A DNA stretch of 63,305 nucleotides, counting the filler, from Octopus bimaculoides (taxonomy: Eukaryota), in NCBI RefSeq assembly GCF_001194135.2. It is 3 parts of 3 records of this genome, joined end to end, with 100 filler letters (N's around TTAATTAATTAA, not from the genome) between each part and the next. Parts side by side here need not be neighbours in the genome. Positions count along the whole stretch, not along the records: positions 34,208 to 63,305 come from NC_069004.1; 2 more parts are not named here. One strand, written 5' to 3'. Below the pieces are notes generated by a model, which did not search any database, was not told the DNA's origin, and saw only the letters and a list, made by a program, of their open reading frames with translations. Positions 35,901-49,964 of this stretch are shown in pieces; positions within the stretch are counted from its first letter, which is position 1, and each line of letters begins with the position of its first letter. A program made the translations under genes and the position numbers.

Positions 35901-37486
35901 TTGTGTGTTTATATGTAATGTGTGTGTGTAAGAGAGAGAGGGAATGTATGTACAGTAGAAAGAAAACATGAATGGAGAAATACTTGGTGTCAGTTTAGAT
36001 CATGGCATTTATGTATTTAAGTATAATTGCTGAGTTGTTACAAGAGAGTAGATCATAAGAAATAAGGAAGTTAGGTGTGGAGAGAGTCTCTTACAGCTGT
36101 TTCCAGAATAGATGTACAGATGAAGATAAGCTATCCATAGAGTGGTTGTCTACTCTATGGATAACTTATCTTCAGAGAGAAAAAAATTGAGATAGGTCCT
36201 TAGTAGTGAGATAGGATTTTAGTAGTGAATAGCTCCATTGCCGAAGACGGAACTGTACACTATTAAATTCTTTATTAAGGTTCTACCTCATTTTTTCCTC
36301 TCTGAAGATGTGTGTGTGTGTAAATGATGTATGTAGATAATTGTAAATGAGCATCACCTTCATACAAGTGATGTTATTTCCTCTCTTCAGTGAAAAAGAG
36401 GTGAGGGTTGGTGATAGGAATGGCATCCAGCCATAAAAATTCTATCTAAAAGATTTGGTCTGGCTTATGCAAGCATGGAAACATGGACATGAAACACTGA
36501 TGATGATAATGGTATATCTTGGAATTATAAGACAAAAAGAAAACCAGTTGGAACGAAAAGTATTTTTGAAATTAGACCAAAAATAATACCATGTGGAAGT
36601 AGCATAGCATTAGAAGTTAACTGGTTTATCTTTTGATTTTTGTGTGACTTTTGTCTTGTTGTTTTGCTAGTTTTGGGTTGTTTTTTTTTTAAATAAAAAA
36701 CAAGGATAACAACAAACATTTATGGCTGTGAGGTGATGATTCAATTGAAATCTACCCACTACTCCTTGTGCTCCAGTATGACCACCACCTGCCTCCCCTA
36801 CTCTCTAATTTACCCAATTGGGGAGGTAGGTGAGAGTAAAAGGGACATGATGTAGCATCTGTTTGCCTCTTGTGTTTCCTGGACTGACAAACTGTTTCTG
36901 CACTCCTACTTTACTTCTTCTCTTCCATGGCTAGTTCAACTCCTTGAGTTGAGAAATGTGTCAGTCCATAGAAACAGTAGGCATCCAGGTGTATTTTTAA
37001 AAAAAAATTATAGTAATAATAATATAAACAAAAAACTTTTTGGAATTCAAAAAATTATTTGAACTAAAATTTGCTGCAAATGTATGTATAATATATATAT
37101 AATATGCAGGATTTATAGAAAAAAAAACTGAAATGACATCATGAATTTTTTTAAAAATTACATTCTATCTATCCTAGAATGTGTGAAAAATGGTTTGAAA
37201 CTTTTAAAACTAGTAAGGATGATAACGATGTCAATGACAATGATGATGATGACAAATCAAGTGAGACGGAAAGAATCGTTTCATAACAACAGTTGGAGAC
37301 GTATCTTCAAATTAAGATGAAAGAATTCAAAGCACAAAGATTTCATTTATCTCAATGTATGTATCTCAATGTGTGTAAAATCATGAACAGCAAGCATTGA
37401 ATTTAGTTTCTAAATTAACCTAAATCACACTTTCATACATACACATGCATTCATATGTAAAAAACATATAAACACACACACTACCA

Positions 37487-37590
37487 AATCAGATTGGAGC
37501 CTGGTGTAGCCATCTGGTTTCACCAGTCCTCAGTCAAATCGTCCAACCCATGCTAGCATGGAAAACGGACGTTAAACGACGACGACGACA
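37487..37590 (+). mobile_element. RTE LINE extreme 3' end
   Basis: ccaaatcagattggagcctgg..catgctagcatggaaaacggacgttaaacgacgacg. Confidence 0.85.
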
Positions 37591-38222
37591 CTGACATATA
37601 GATAGTCATACACACACACACGTAAAATGTACTTGTTTTTCTCCATTTAGTTTTGCATTAGTTTACAAATGTAATTATGTTAATTAACTTTTTGTTCAGT
37701 TGTTTTATGATATAAATCTAATTTAGTTGGAAACAAAAATAATAATACTAAATATTATTACAACAACAACAACAATAATATTAATAATAATAATCATACA
37801 ACAAGAAGAAAGCAATATGATTTGTAATAAATAAACATTTACTCTGTTTATTGAATTGAGCAATATTTCAATAGTATGTCTGTCTTCCTTGGAAACAAAA
37901 AATACACTGAAAAATGGAAATTCAAAATTTGAACTGGAATATTTAGACAAAGCAGCATCAATTTTCACCTTTTAGAAAGCAGGAAAGAGAACACTTATTC
38001 AAAACGTTTTGTGTAATTGTGATGGAATTCGTCTCCCATTTTGTTCATTCCTCCAGGATGTGATGTTAGTAAATCACAAATTTATCCTCTTGTATTTTGA
38101 GGACTGAAAGTGCAATGGAGTCAAAACTTTTTGAAAATGTGTACTTTCAGGTGTTCCTCAATTTACAGCCACTTGATGTAAAATGTTTGGCAAGTTTCCT
38201 ATTACTGTTATTGTTCCTCTCA

Positions 38223-39483
38223 CTAGCTAAAACCAAAATCCTAATAAGTAGGAAGGTAGATAAAACACAAACCCCTTCAGGTAGATGGCCCTGCTCAGTA
38301 TGTAGAAAAGGAGTAGGTAGTAACTCTATAAGATGTACCCGGTGCAAGCTATGGACACATAAGAGGTGCAGCAACATCAAAGGCAGGTTAACTAGCAAGT
38401 TAGTTTTTGTTTGTGGCAGACGTTCAGGTGCAATAAAGACTGTAAACAAACAGGAAACAACTTCTATCTCATTCCAGGGTGAAAATCTAGAGGTAGTCGA
38501 TAGCTTCCGCTATCTGGGCGACCAAGTTAGTAGTGGGGGTGGGTGCGCTGAAAGTGTAGCTGCTANNNNNNNNNNNNNNNNNNNNNNNNNNNNNNNNNNN
38601 NNNNNNNNNNNNNNNNNNNNNNNNNNNNNNNNNNNNNNNNNNNNNNNNNNNNNNNNNNNNNNNNNNNNNNNNNNNNNNNNNNNNNNNNNNNNNNNNNNNN
38701 NNNNNNNNNNNNNNNNNNNNNNNNNNNNNNNNNNNNNNNNNNNNNNNNNNNNNNNNNNNNNNNNNNNNNNNNNNNNNNNNNNNNNNNNNNNNNNNNNNNN
38801 NNNNNNNNNNNNNNNNNNNNNNNNNNNNNNNNNNNNNNNNNNNNNNNNNNNNNNNNNNNNNNNNNNNNNNNNNNNNNNNNNNNNNNNNNNNNNNNNNNNN
38901 NNNNNNNNNNNNNNNNNNNNNNNNNNNNNNNNNNNNNNNNNNNNNNNNNNNNNNNNNNNNNNNNNNNNNNNNNNNNNNNNNNNNNNNNNNNNNNNNNNNN
39001 NNNNNNNNNNNNNNNNNNNNNNNNNNNNNNNNNNNNNNNNNNNNNNNNNNNNNNNNNNNNNNNNNNNNNNNNNNNNNNNNNNNNNNNNNNNNNNNNNNNN
39101 NNNNNNNNNNNNNNNNNNNNNNNNNNNNNNNNNNNNNNNNNNNNNNNNNNNNCATGAGATGCACCATTTTGAACGTGGCCGTTGCCAGTACCGCCTGACT
39201 GGCTCCCGTAGGATTTTCGAGTGAGATCGTTGCCAGTGCCCCTGGACTGGCTTGTGCGGGTGGCACATAAAAGACACCATTTCGAGCGTGGCCGTTTTCG
39301 TGCGGGTGACACGTAAAAACACCCACTACACTCTCTGAGTGGTTGGTGTTAGGAAGGGCATCCAACTGTAGAAACTCTGCCAAATTAGATTGGAGCCTGG
39401 TGTTGCCATCCGGTTTCACCAGTCCTCAGTCAAATCGTCTAACCCATGCTAGCATGGAAAGCGGACGTTAAACGATGATGATG
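38223..39483 (+). mobile_element. 5'-truncated RTE LINE with PHD-finger insertion (gapped)
   Basis: LAKTKILISRK..CSVCRKGVGSNSIRCTRCKLWTHKRC..CGRR..LEVVDSFRYLGDQV; 3' UTR and (GAT)n tail after the gap. Confidence 0.92.
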
Positions 39484-39508
39484 ATCATACCTATGCTCAT
39501 TGAATCTC

Positions 39509-39892
39509 TTATATAATTTTTCTATTGTGCAACCAACATAAATCAAGTTTGCAACATATGGTTCCATAACGAAATACCATATACCTACAAATCATTAAAA
39601 TCAAGTTGTGTTTTACATATTTTGCTTTGTACACCAAATAGGAATCCTTGCAGGTCCCACCTGTGTAAATCATAAAATTTCTGTTACAATTCATGTTGTT
39701 GCACAATGAACATAGCTTACCTCTCTTGCAGCTGTTTTTCAGAGTAGACTGTTCTGAAACTCCTATGGAGTTTTTAATGGGATTTAAGGTACTGGTTAAT
39801 AATTCTCTAATATTTTTATTACATCTAAAGCCTACAATAGGTGAATAAGAAAATATTTGTTTGAAATGAGGACATTTTTCTGAAACTTTCAT
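39509..39892 (-). mobile_element. Penelope-like element remnant (Cys-rich linker into GIY-YIG domain)
   Basis: ORF ..FKQIFSYSPIVGFRCNKNIRELL..SCKRGKLCSLCNNM..GGTCKDSYLVY fits the PLE pattern IFxxPPxVxFRxxKNLxDLL..CxxC..C..VVY. Confidence 0.7.
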
Positions 39893-40379
39893 GCAACACT
39901 TTTGAAATACCAGTGAAATTTCAGTGCCAGTTAATCAATCACAAAAGGAATTTTGTTGTAAATTTTCCTTTGCTAAAATTAGGCAAGAAAGTTTGACTTT
40001 TTTTGCTAATTTTAGTTATGTCATTTGTGATTTCCTTAAATCATGATTCACTGAAATTGCATTTGACATAATGGTACACAAAAGCATTTGCATGTTTCCA
40101 ATAATTCCCTATGTCCGTACATTGTATTTTCAACAACTGGGACTTCAGATTTCACTTAATTCTATGATGTGGATGATGAGTGGCAGTAAAGATAAATGTG
40201 TTCTCTTTTCTACTATCCTGTTTTCCCTTGATACCAGTTATGAAAAAGGGAAAATTGATGACATCATTTCATCTAAAAAGGAATGCAATAAACAGTCAAT
40301 TTTTATTTATTATAAATCATATTTACCTTCATGAAGAATTATGTCAATCTTCATAAATTAATAATACTAATAATGGTTT

Positions 40380-41420
40380 CTGATTGATACACAAAACCAC
40401 CAATTTTGAGGGTAGGGGGAGTAATTGTACCACTAAACTTAGTATTTGACTGATATTTTTTTCTTTTTGGTGACATAAAGAGATGATAAACAAAGTTGAC
40501 TCTGGTGAGATTTGAACTCAGGTCCTACAGTTCAAACTCACCAGGATCAACATTGCCTTTCATCTCTTCAGGATCAATAAAATAAAGTACCACTCTAGTA
40601 GTGGGGTTGGTGGTATTGACTAACTGCCTCCCTTAAAAACTACAAGCTTGTTCTAAATGAGAAACAACAATATTATATAATTAATAACAATGATGATGAT
40701 GACCTGTTTATTTTTGCCTCAAGGGTGATGTAAGAGTTGACATTACAAGGACAGATTTGTAAAAATGCAGAAGTACTCAAGCAAATATGAGGAAAAAGGT
40801 ATGAATTATAGTGGTATATGGAGCAATGACATAGAACATCTGAGTAAGTGCAGGGCATCCGATTAGGACCAATTAGAGAACTGTCACAGTTCCCAGATTA
40901 CTCTTACCTCCATAAGTGTTAAAAACATTCCCATCATCCACCATAAACTTCAGGTCATAATATGTAAAAACAAGATGAGCAAGTTTTAGGGTGGTGGGGT
41001 TAAGTCAATTACATTAATTGAAAGGCAAAGTGGACCTTGGCAGAATCTGAATAATAAAACCAAAATGATTTCTTACATAGACACAAGGCCAGAGAGTATA
41101 GGAATAGTTGATTATATCAATACCAGTGTTTGATTGGGTACTTATTTTACTGGTCCCAGTAAAGGCAAAGTTGACTTCAGCAAGATTTGTGCTCAGAATG
41201 TCCAAAGTTAGAACAAACACTACAATGCTCTAATGATTCTACCACAGTTTTCTTTATTTATAATAATAATGGTCATAGTAATAGTGATGATGATGATAAT
41301 AATAATGATTTCAAATTTTGACACAAGCACAAGTTGGGGAAGGGGTTAAGTCAATTATACCAACCCCAGTGTTCAGTTGGTACTTATGCATACATCATCC
41401 ACTATCCACTCAGATGTCTT
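40380..41420. mobile_element. Several degenerate family-A SINEs in both orientations
   Basis: Recurrent aaaggcaaagttgac..atttgaactcag and gagttcaaa modules. Confidence 0.6.
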
Positions 41421-42133
41421 CAATTACACCACTTGGACTTTTTTTTTTGCTACTACCAAATAATAGAGCTTTTGTGTGGTTGAGCAACTTGCTAGAAATA
41501 GTTGCCAAATCACACTCTGTAGTTTAGAAAGTAAGAAAGACCACATTGAACAACATAGTCTTAAATACACAAAGATAAGATAGTTATGAGTGCAATGCTT
41601 TTAATCACAGGTCTGCTCATCAAGGCTGACCTAGGGTTAAACAACTGCTGCCTCCATGTCACAACTAATTCTTAGGCAGAGATAACTCTTCTCTCAGTCT
41701 TCTTCTCTTGGGCAAAAAAGCAGGAATGTGTGTGTGTGTATGTGCTTCTACTAAATTTGGTACAGATCTGGTAGTTAACTATTTAAAGTATCCAGATCTT
41801 TCCTTCTAGTAGTTCCAGTACAGATCTGATCATTAATGTTTTAAGGTATACATGATGCAAACAGAAAGTTTTCATCTTTCTTTTCCAATACGAATCTCCT
41901 TGTGGATAAAGTACCATTTCTACATATCAATGCTGACTGCTTTAAATATACTGCTTCAGCATCTTTCTTAAGTCTTCCCTATGCGATTTCATTTACTCAA
42001 ACATTTCAGCAGAGCAGTCCCAGAAACATTGACCCAAATTGTCAGACAGCTTTTGGAGCCATCATTGGCCTCAATTACTTTTAAGCTACTAATTTAGAGG
42101 GTCAGGGAGCTGTCTAACCTTTTGAACATAGTA

Positions 42134-42240
42134 GACAGCTCCCTATCCCTCCTGATATAATGGACAGCTCCTTATCACCTCTAACTTAGGAGACAGTTTC
42201 CTATGCCTCTGACTTCGTGACAGCTCCCTCTCACCTCAGA
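42134..42240 (+). repeat. Degenerate ~28-bp minisatellite (gacagctccctatc...) x4 with one inverted unit at ~42105
   Basis: Units start near 42134, 42163, 42192 and 42219. Confidence 0.7.
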
Positions 42241-42539
42241 AACATCATTTTACGTCTAGTTCTATAATCTTCACACTGCACTACAAAGATCTGATCTGGC
42301 CTTCTATGTTCTGTTAAGCTCTATTCATCTCCTTTTCTCAGTTGATCTTCAAAAAGCAATAGTTGTGATAATTTTAATTTTTTAGAGACAACTAAGCTGG
42401 AGCCTGTCAAAAGTTTTTGCTGATCATAATGATCTTAGTACATAGTTCAGTCTGCTACTTATTTTATCAATCTCTAATGTACAAGACATAAAGAAATAGT
42501 TGATAAACACTGATACAGACATATATGATGAGAGAGAGA

Positions 42540-42670
42540 GCGAGATCACTCCCACAGAGTATTGATCAGCCTGAAGCTATATTAAAAGACACTTGCCCAA
42601 AGTGTCACATTATGCAATCAGACCCGAAACCGTGTGGCTGCAAAACAAACCTCTTAACCACATTGCTATA
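42540..42670 (-). mobile_element. SINE family B head, diverged
   Basis: gacacttgcccaaagtg..cccgaaaccgtgtggctgcaa. Confidence 0.65.
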
Positions 42671-44119
42671 TGGCTTTTATATATTTATTTGTTTATTTTA
42701 TTTTAATTTTTTTTTTTTTAACCTTAAGTTGAAGCTAATTCCTAAATGTTTTCTGTGTATCATTACTGACACATGTTTTCAACAGTCAGGATTATTGGTT
42801 AAAAGTATGCAGTAACTTAATAGTAAGAAGCAAATTTTTAGTTTTCTTAAAGAATTGCTAAACTGCCAAAGGAACCTGCTTATTTTTTGAGAAGCAGCCT
42901 ACCATTTCTAATTACAATCCTAAGAGACATACTCTCCAAATAAAGCGCTGAATTTCCAACTCGTGTCTAAAAACCATTTGGCATTTACTGACCTCTGAAT
43001 GACATTTTTTGTCTTCTCTCCCAGTACAGCTAATCTCTTAATTTGCTAGAAACAGCTACTAAGTTTCCCTCCAATCACACCTTACTTGTTATATACGAAC
43101 AGGACAGGACACATTAGCCAATGTAGTATGCCCCCACCCTAAAAGTATTGGACGGTTATGGTTACAATACCTTTGATTATAGATCTGGTCAGTTAGAATG
43201 GAGCAGGGGTCAAACAATAGCATTTCTACTAGGTATTGTATTTCAATTTCTCAAGAGGCAAATTTTCATTTTTCTTTAAGAACTGCTAAATTGCCAAAGA
43301 AACCTGCTTGTCTGCCAGGGACTACAAGAATGTATACTGTTGCCTTGATCTGCTAGAAATAGCAGCCAAAAATTGCTCAACTCACATCCTACTGTCTTTA
43401 AAAAAGACTCTCCTGTTAATATAGTTTGGGATTCACTATGCTTTAAAATAGGTTAGTCATGGCTGGAATGACTGTGATAATTGGTCTGCTTGATTAGATC
43501 TGACTTTGGACTAAGCAAAAACACCAACAAAGGAATTCTGAAGAGTCATTCCTTTTAGAAAGATGACCTCTTACTAGTACAGTTGAATCCTCTTAAGGTT
43601 TACCTTCTTTATCACTTCTACCATCTTTCTACATATACAGACATTCACTGAACTGACACAGTTGTACATATTTTACAAATGTACAACCTGTAAGGACACA
43701 ATGATGTTAAACAATAATATCACTTGGAATTAAACCATAAAACAGTTGGGGTGAGAAAAATAATGAATTGATAAATGTTAATACTGAAATCTTATGTGAA
43801 GACAATAAAAGAATAACAAATATCAATTACTTTATTATTATTTTCTGTCTATATCAAATCTTTCTACCTTTTTTGTTACATTCTTTGTGTGATATCTCCA
43901 TTCATCCAAACAACAAGGAAAATCCAATAATTGACAATTAAAAAAAAAGGGAGAGACATTAAAATTATGAATTGTAAATATACTTGTCCCTGGCCTTGTT
44001 TAGTCTCTATGTGGTTATTTGTGTTAGTGTCATGAATCAGCATAAAAACATAAGAATTTCTTTGATTTGGCAAGTTTTTCAGGATTAACTTTACTCCAAC
44101 TACATAAAAGATGAAGTAT

Positions 44120-44290
44120 TTAACCCTTTAGCATTCAGATTATCTTGTCAAATATAATGCTTATTTGTTCTCATTGTTTTGAATAATCATATATCATCTA
44201 AGGACATTTTAGGGTAGGTGTGAGAGATGGGATCTGGCTGATTTGAGTGTAAAACAAGTAGAATATTTGGGCTGGACAAGGCCAGTTTAA
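44120..44290 (+). mobile_element. piggyBac-like MITE fragment
   Basis: TTAAccctttagcattcagat terminus; matches 12270-12485 in reverse. Confidence 0.45.
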
Positions 44291-44849
44291 ACCATATTTT
44301 ATCTATGGACTCCTTTGATTCCTATTTTACTTGGATGGACCCCCCATAGCCATTCAATGTTTAAAAAATAATATATTTTAATAATTAAATATTATTAGGA
44401 ATTGTATTAAAAAAATTGTAAAAATGTTTTCTGTATTATAGATTGATTTATTGGTCTATAATTTCAACAGCAAAATCTTATATAGTCCCCGGTTGAAAAC
44501 TTCTGGTTTAAAGAGCATGGAGACCATTCTTAGCTTTGAATCTGTTAGTTAAATGTATTTACCATCAGCTAGACATGTATCAAGTGGTGGCGAACATCAT
44601 TTGTACATTGGATCAGACTTGTTAATGCATTTAATATACTCATTAGTTGAGTGTTGTTTTTGTCATCACAACTGACCTTGTTGCTGAACCTATTTTTCAC
44701 CATATTTATCTTTATGTTATCTAAGAGTCTTTTTGTTAAGTTATGTGCAAATACCAGCTTAATTATCTCATACTCACCTTACTTATTATTGATTACTTGG
44801 TCAGTGATATGATCTGAATCAGTTTTGTGTCATGTAGTTCAGTTAATGT

Positions 44850-45450
44850 GAGGGATTTTTAACCAACAGTCCAATCCATCCCAGCTTGATGATGTTACAA
44901 TATTTTAAGATAAGTAGTGAATAATTTACTGTATTGGTGGTGCTGCTCTCATTTTCTACTCATTGTTGACTGTTTCTTGTCTGAAAGTTTCAGTTTGCTC
45001 CTGATTGAGTGGTTCCTCAGTGATGTTGATGACTGAGAAAGCCAACTCTAATGCAAAAGTCTTCTCATATTTTCAGAATCAGAGTGGAAAAACTAGTTTT
45101 ATGAGGTAGTACCCATGTTTCAGTAATTCAAAAGGGATGTATCTAATCTTGAAAATGTTCATGGTTTCATTCTATTTATGGCAATTTCAAGCTGTTTGGA
45201 ATGATATAGGAAATTTCTCAAGAAATCCTCTGCTTTTGTTGAATTCTGATTCAGCAATAAGGAAAGATGTTCCTTTGAACATTTGAGAATATCTTGTGGA
45301 TTTGTTGGGATACTGGAGTTATCTGCAGTTAGAAGGTTGCTTGCTGATGTTCATATTGGGCCAAACATTTGCTTCATTTCAGCAAAGAAAATTAGGCATC
45401 CATAAGAGTTCTGCAGCTCTGTTGCCGCCTGTTCTGTGTTTCTCTGAGTT
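44850..45450 (-). mobile_element. Highly degenerate RTE/BovB-like LINE fragment (region preceding the RT)
   Basis: Minus translation fragments such as KQMFGP, QDILK..EHLSLLLNQ and INRMKP..LD; many stops. Confidence 0.45.
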
Positions 45451-46740
45451 TGATTTGACACTAGTGTTTGAATTTTGATAGCAGGTTACTTTAAATCTAC
45501 TAAATATCAGGTGAAACTAAACAGTTAAAGCTCTCTTTACACTTTTTTTTATGTGGTTACTTTTATGATACTTATTCTTCACCCTGATAGAAATTCAACT
45601 CAAATCAAAAAGCTATGTAACTATATCTTTTAAGGCATTAAGCCTTGACACTACTAATTCTATTGTTGCTTTGATACTGCTGCTACTACTACTACTACTA
45701 CTAATAATAATAATAATAATACTTTCTAACATAAGCACAACACTTCACATTTTGTTGTATGAAATCATTGGCAGTAATGTTTCCCTATTGAAGACGTTTC
45801 CAAGGATTTTTAGATCATTCACTAGAAAGTTTATTTAGTGTAGAGAAAGTCACAAGTTCAGTCCTCATTTCTACACTGTTTGGTCTTCAGGTCCCTCTGT
45901 CCATGGCACAACTGTATTGTTGATATGCAAAGGAGGCCTGTCTTATTTCAGAGAGATACTGGTGCCACCATCTATCATGGTCCACCTTGACACTGCTCAG
46001 TGTATGAAGAGTGATGACATAACCATTAGTAGGATTTTAATTTCTAGATGGAATTTAAACTGAGAATGCAAAGATCTACATCCACTACAGTAAAAGCATC
46101 TTGTCCAACAACTTCAGATTTCAACTTATAAAAGAGATTCTCTGTTTGTAAGGTTTGATGTCATATTCAAAGGAGTTCTGATCTTATTTTGGCAATGGTT
46201 TTATCCCAAGATCTTTCTGATTACTCTGCTTTCAAGCATCGATCCACCTTATTTGTTGTCTCACAGTTGAATAAAAATATGTAAAGGAGAAGACTTCCAA
46301 CTCTAGGAACAATTGTTCCAGGGTATTTTCAATGCAGTTGCTTGATCTGCAAAAAGTAGCAAACAGATATCCTTCAGATGACTCCTACCAACATGCAAAA
46401 AGACACTAGCAAAAGTAGACCAAGATGTGTTGTGCCCAAGTAGTTAGGTGACATTGATCATAAACTTAGATTTAAGAAAGACAGCTCTCCTAATAATATA
46501 TATAGATAGATAAGATTTACAAAAATAACTTCTACCCCTACACCATAGAAAAATGAATGTGAAACAGGCATAGCTATATTTAATGTATAATTTTTTCATT
46601 AGACATTATAACCAGAACAAAAAGTTTCAAAGAAAACTATATTTTGAGATGGTACCTTAGTCTTCTACTCTGCATTCAGATTGACCAATATCTTGTAAAG
46701 AAAGATTGTACAAAAGTCTGTCATATGCTTGAACCAATCT

Positions 46741-46777
<37 letters not shown>

Positions 46778-46849
46778 NNNNNNNNNNATATATATATATA
46801 TATATCATCATCATCATCATCATCTATATATATATATGTATATTAAAGA

Positions 46850-48350
46850 TCAGCTTCAAATCATCCATATTCCAGCCAATTTAAGCAGGATTTCTTCAAC
46901 CTCATAAGATGAGTAACTTTTAAAGCTTATGCTAATGCATCCCGAAAGTAACTGTCATTCAAAAGCTCAAAGATATTTCTAAAGCACCTGACAAACTAAC
47001 AACTGATATAGCACTAACAGATTTATGTTCAAGAAGCTCCTCTCAAGCATTATGAACACATTAAAAAATAAACCTTGTTGATCTCTATAAACAATGAGCC
47101 AAAAGAAACAAGCAATGACATCGGGCATAGAAAATATTGTGATTCTTAGGTGTTATTTGAGATGCATTTTGTGTACTCCATGTTATGCTTACAGATCACA
47201 AACCAAACTTTCTCCACAATCCCTTACAGATCAATGAACACCTCTAAAACTGAAAGAAGCAAAGTAAAACCATTCTAGATGGAATCATTAAAAACATCAA
47301 ACTTACTCTTTGGAATAACATTAAAGCTGTAATGAAATCGTTCAACAATATACATAACAAACACATATACAAATTTACTTGAGCTGACATAGTTGAGTTC
47401 TATTTATTAACTGAGCTACACTTGAAAGCACCCAACTTCACAAAAAGTACACCACAGTTACAGACCAGGAAAGAAACATTGCAATCATTGCTTTCCTTTG
47501 ACAAAGTGCAGTGGAGAAAAAAGACATCTATACATCCTTTAATGTCTTGGCTGAGTTTTGTGAAATTGCAGGCCTCTATATATTACACATGCTACATGCA
47601 AAATTCAATAACATGTATTCTGATCTATATCATGATGATGGGTGCATAGTATCCAGTTAGATAACACTTCAGGAAAACTTCCAAAGAACTTAACCTTAGA
47701 ATCATAACTGACAACTACCTAAAACAGAACCTCATTAGAATGCAAATCAATACTTATCTAGCATATCCTTAGATGAAGGAGCTTTCAGCAGATTGTCTCA
47801 GTATTATAATGATGCTCTGATGTTAACATCAGAGCATCGTTATAGATAAACCAAAATTCTTGTTAATAATGCAAATTCAAAAATTCTATGATTCAAAGCC
47901 TTGCCATTTCTTTCTATTTTTTTTGGCTCTGATGTAGAAAATACCTCCTCGAAAACTACTCAAACTGTTCAGAAAAATAACATTAAACTTAGAAGTTACA
48001 ACTGTATTGCCAAACAACTGTTATAGATACCAAAAATTTATGTGACAATACAAAGCTCCTCCCAATATGTAATTGTACCAACTTCATAAACTGTCTATTT
48101 AATGCTCTATATCTTAAAAATCCAGACATGTACCATGCAAATGATAATGATCTCACACATGATACTTTAAACCCAGGTTCAACACTGCCATTCATTCAAA
48201 AGTATGAGTAAAAGAGTAGACAACACCAGTTTGTCCAGACATATATGGGATTTAAAAGGAACAACTGGGGAAATTATAGACTGTGCAAAATGGAACATAC
48301 ATCTCGTACACAACAGAGAAATTGGCAAAAATGCTCTAACTCAGAACTTA
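46850..48350 (+). mobile_element. Penelope-like element remnant (RT plus GIY-YIG)
   Basis: Frameshifted motifs DHKPNF, ILDGIIKNIKLTLWNN, DIVEFY, DLYHDDG (LYRDDG-like catalytic loop), YNDAL, CNCTN and TSLSRHIWDLK. Confidence 0.8.
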
Positions 48351-49309
48351 AAAATATGAACTAATCTCTTCCTGCATGTACAAATACAAATATCTAAAAA
48401 AACAGCCTAACAGCAATTGGCACCAAACAGCAAACTAAGTGCCTCCTAATACCCAGTTTCAAAATCCCACAACACTTAGGCTATTACGATCTCACCACAC
48501 AACCTTTCTTCTATAATCATAGATTGTAATATTTTCATGCCTGGATTCTTGTTATTATTTTTTCTCCACTGTTTGTACCATGTCCACTAACTCTTTAAAA
48601 TCGTTAATCTGTAGCACATTTTGCATGAAATGAAGTTCTCATTTGTAATTTGTATTTCAGTTTCTGTACCCCATGATTTACATATATCAATACTTTACAA
48701 TCTCTGAATTTCACAGTTTCAGAGCTACACAACTCTGTGATTTTCACATTTCTGTAACTTTGCAAGTTGACATGTTTACATTTTTATATTCCTGTATTTC
48801 TGCATTTCCACATTTCTGTCAGTCTGTAATTATGCACAAATGCTGAAGATTTCTATGGTCCTTTAATCTTTAAAATTTTTGTTTTACATTTTTTTTCATT
48901 ATTAACTTTTTTGTTTGTGTTGTATATATATATTTTATACAGGTTTCAGCATTGTGTACAATTTACTGTGCATTTTCACATTTTTGCAGTTTAGTAATGC
49001 TTGCATATTGATATATTGTAACTTGTATTTGATGCTGGCAATTGTATGTCGGTAAATACATGTATGTGTGCATATATGATTATTAACATTTGTATTCAGA
49101 TGTTGATATATGTGTGTGCATGTTTGTGTGCATATGTATATATGCATGAACGCAAACTGCATTTCTGTGACATTTATAGTCTATCTGTCACTTGACAGAT
49201 AGCCTATGAATGTAATTTCACCTAAAAGTTTGTTGCTTCTATAATTTCTTTTGTCTAAACTTTCCCCTCCTCCTCCACCTCCTCCTACTACTAATAATAA
49301 CAATAATCT

Positions 49310-49528
49310 TTTCTTCTGTAGGCACAAAGCCCAAAATTTGTGGGGAGAGGCTAGTTAATTGCATCAAGCCAGTGCTCCACTGACACTTATTTTATTGACT
49401 TCAAAAGGAGAAAAGACAAAGTCAGCCTTGGCAGAATTTGAACTTAACCATAAAGTTGGAAGAAAAACTGCACAATATTTCATCCACTGTGCTAACGATT
49501 CTGCTGGCTTGCTGCCCTAATAATAATG

Positions 49529-49561
<33 letters not shown>

Positions 49562-49830
49562 TTAGTTTCACATTTTGATGAAGTTGGCAATTTTAGAAGT
49601 GTTCAACTGACATTATTTTATCAACCCAGCAATATTTGAATGCAGAATGTAAAGGATCAGAAGAAATGCAACTAAGCATTTTTTTACATGCTAATAGTTC
49701 AGCCTGCTCACCACCTTAATAATAATAATAATAATCTTTTCTACTATTGGTACAAGGCTTGGAAGTTTGTAAGAGTTGGGCTAGTTGATTACCTTGACCC
49801 CAGTTTTCAACTGGTACTTACTTTATTGAC
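49310..49830 (-). mobile_element. Three family-A SINE copies separated by (TAA)n
   Basis: Same modules as the 61.6-63.0 kb array. Confidence 0.75.
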
Positions 49831-49964
49831 CTCCAGAAGAGACAGGCCAGTTCATTTCCATCAATGCCCAGAGTTTCTCAAGATTGTCATCATACTTCCT
49901 TGCCACTAATCATCTTAGTACTGCAGGAGTGGAACATCCACCTATCATCATAAAGGTGTAGATG

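Noticed and set aside
37178-37286. Possible orphan terminal exon after atcctAG (MCEKWFETFKTSKDDNDVNDNDDDDKSSETERIVS*)
   Set aside because: No recognisable family, no partner exons, two frames open, and the acidic run may be a decayed (GAT)n. Needs RNA-seq.
45850-46400. CR1-like fragment on the minus strand (LESRVIQKDLGI)
   Set aside because: A single short motif amid many stops.
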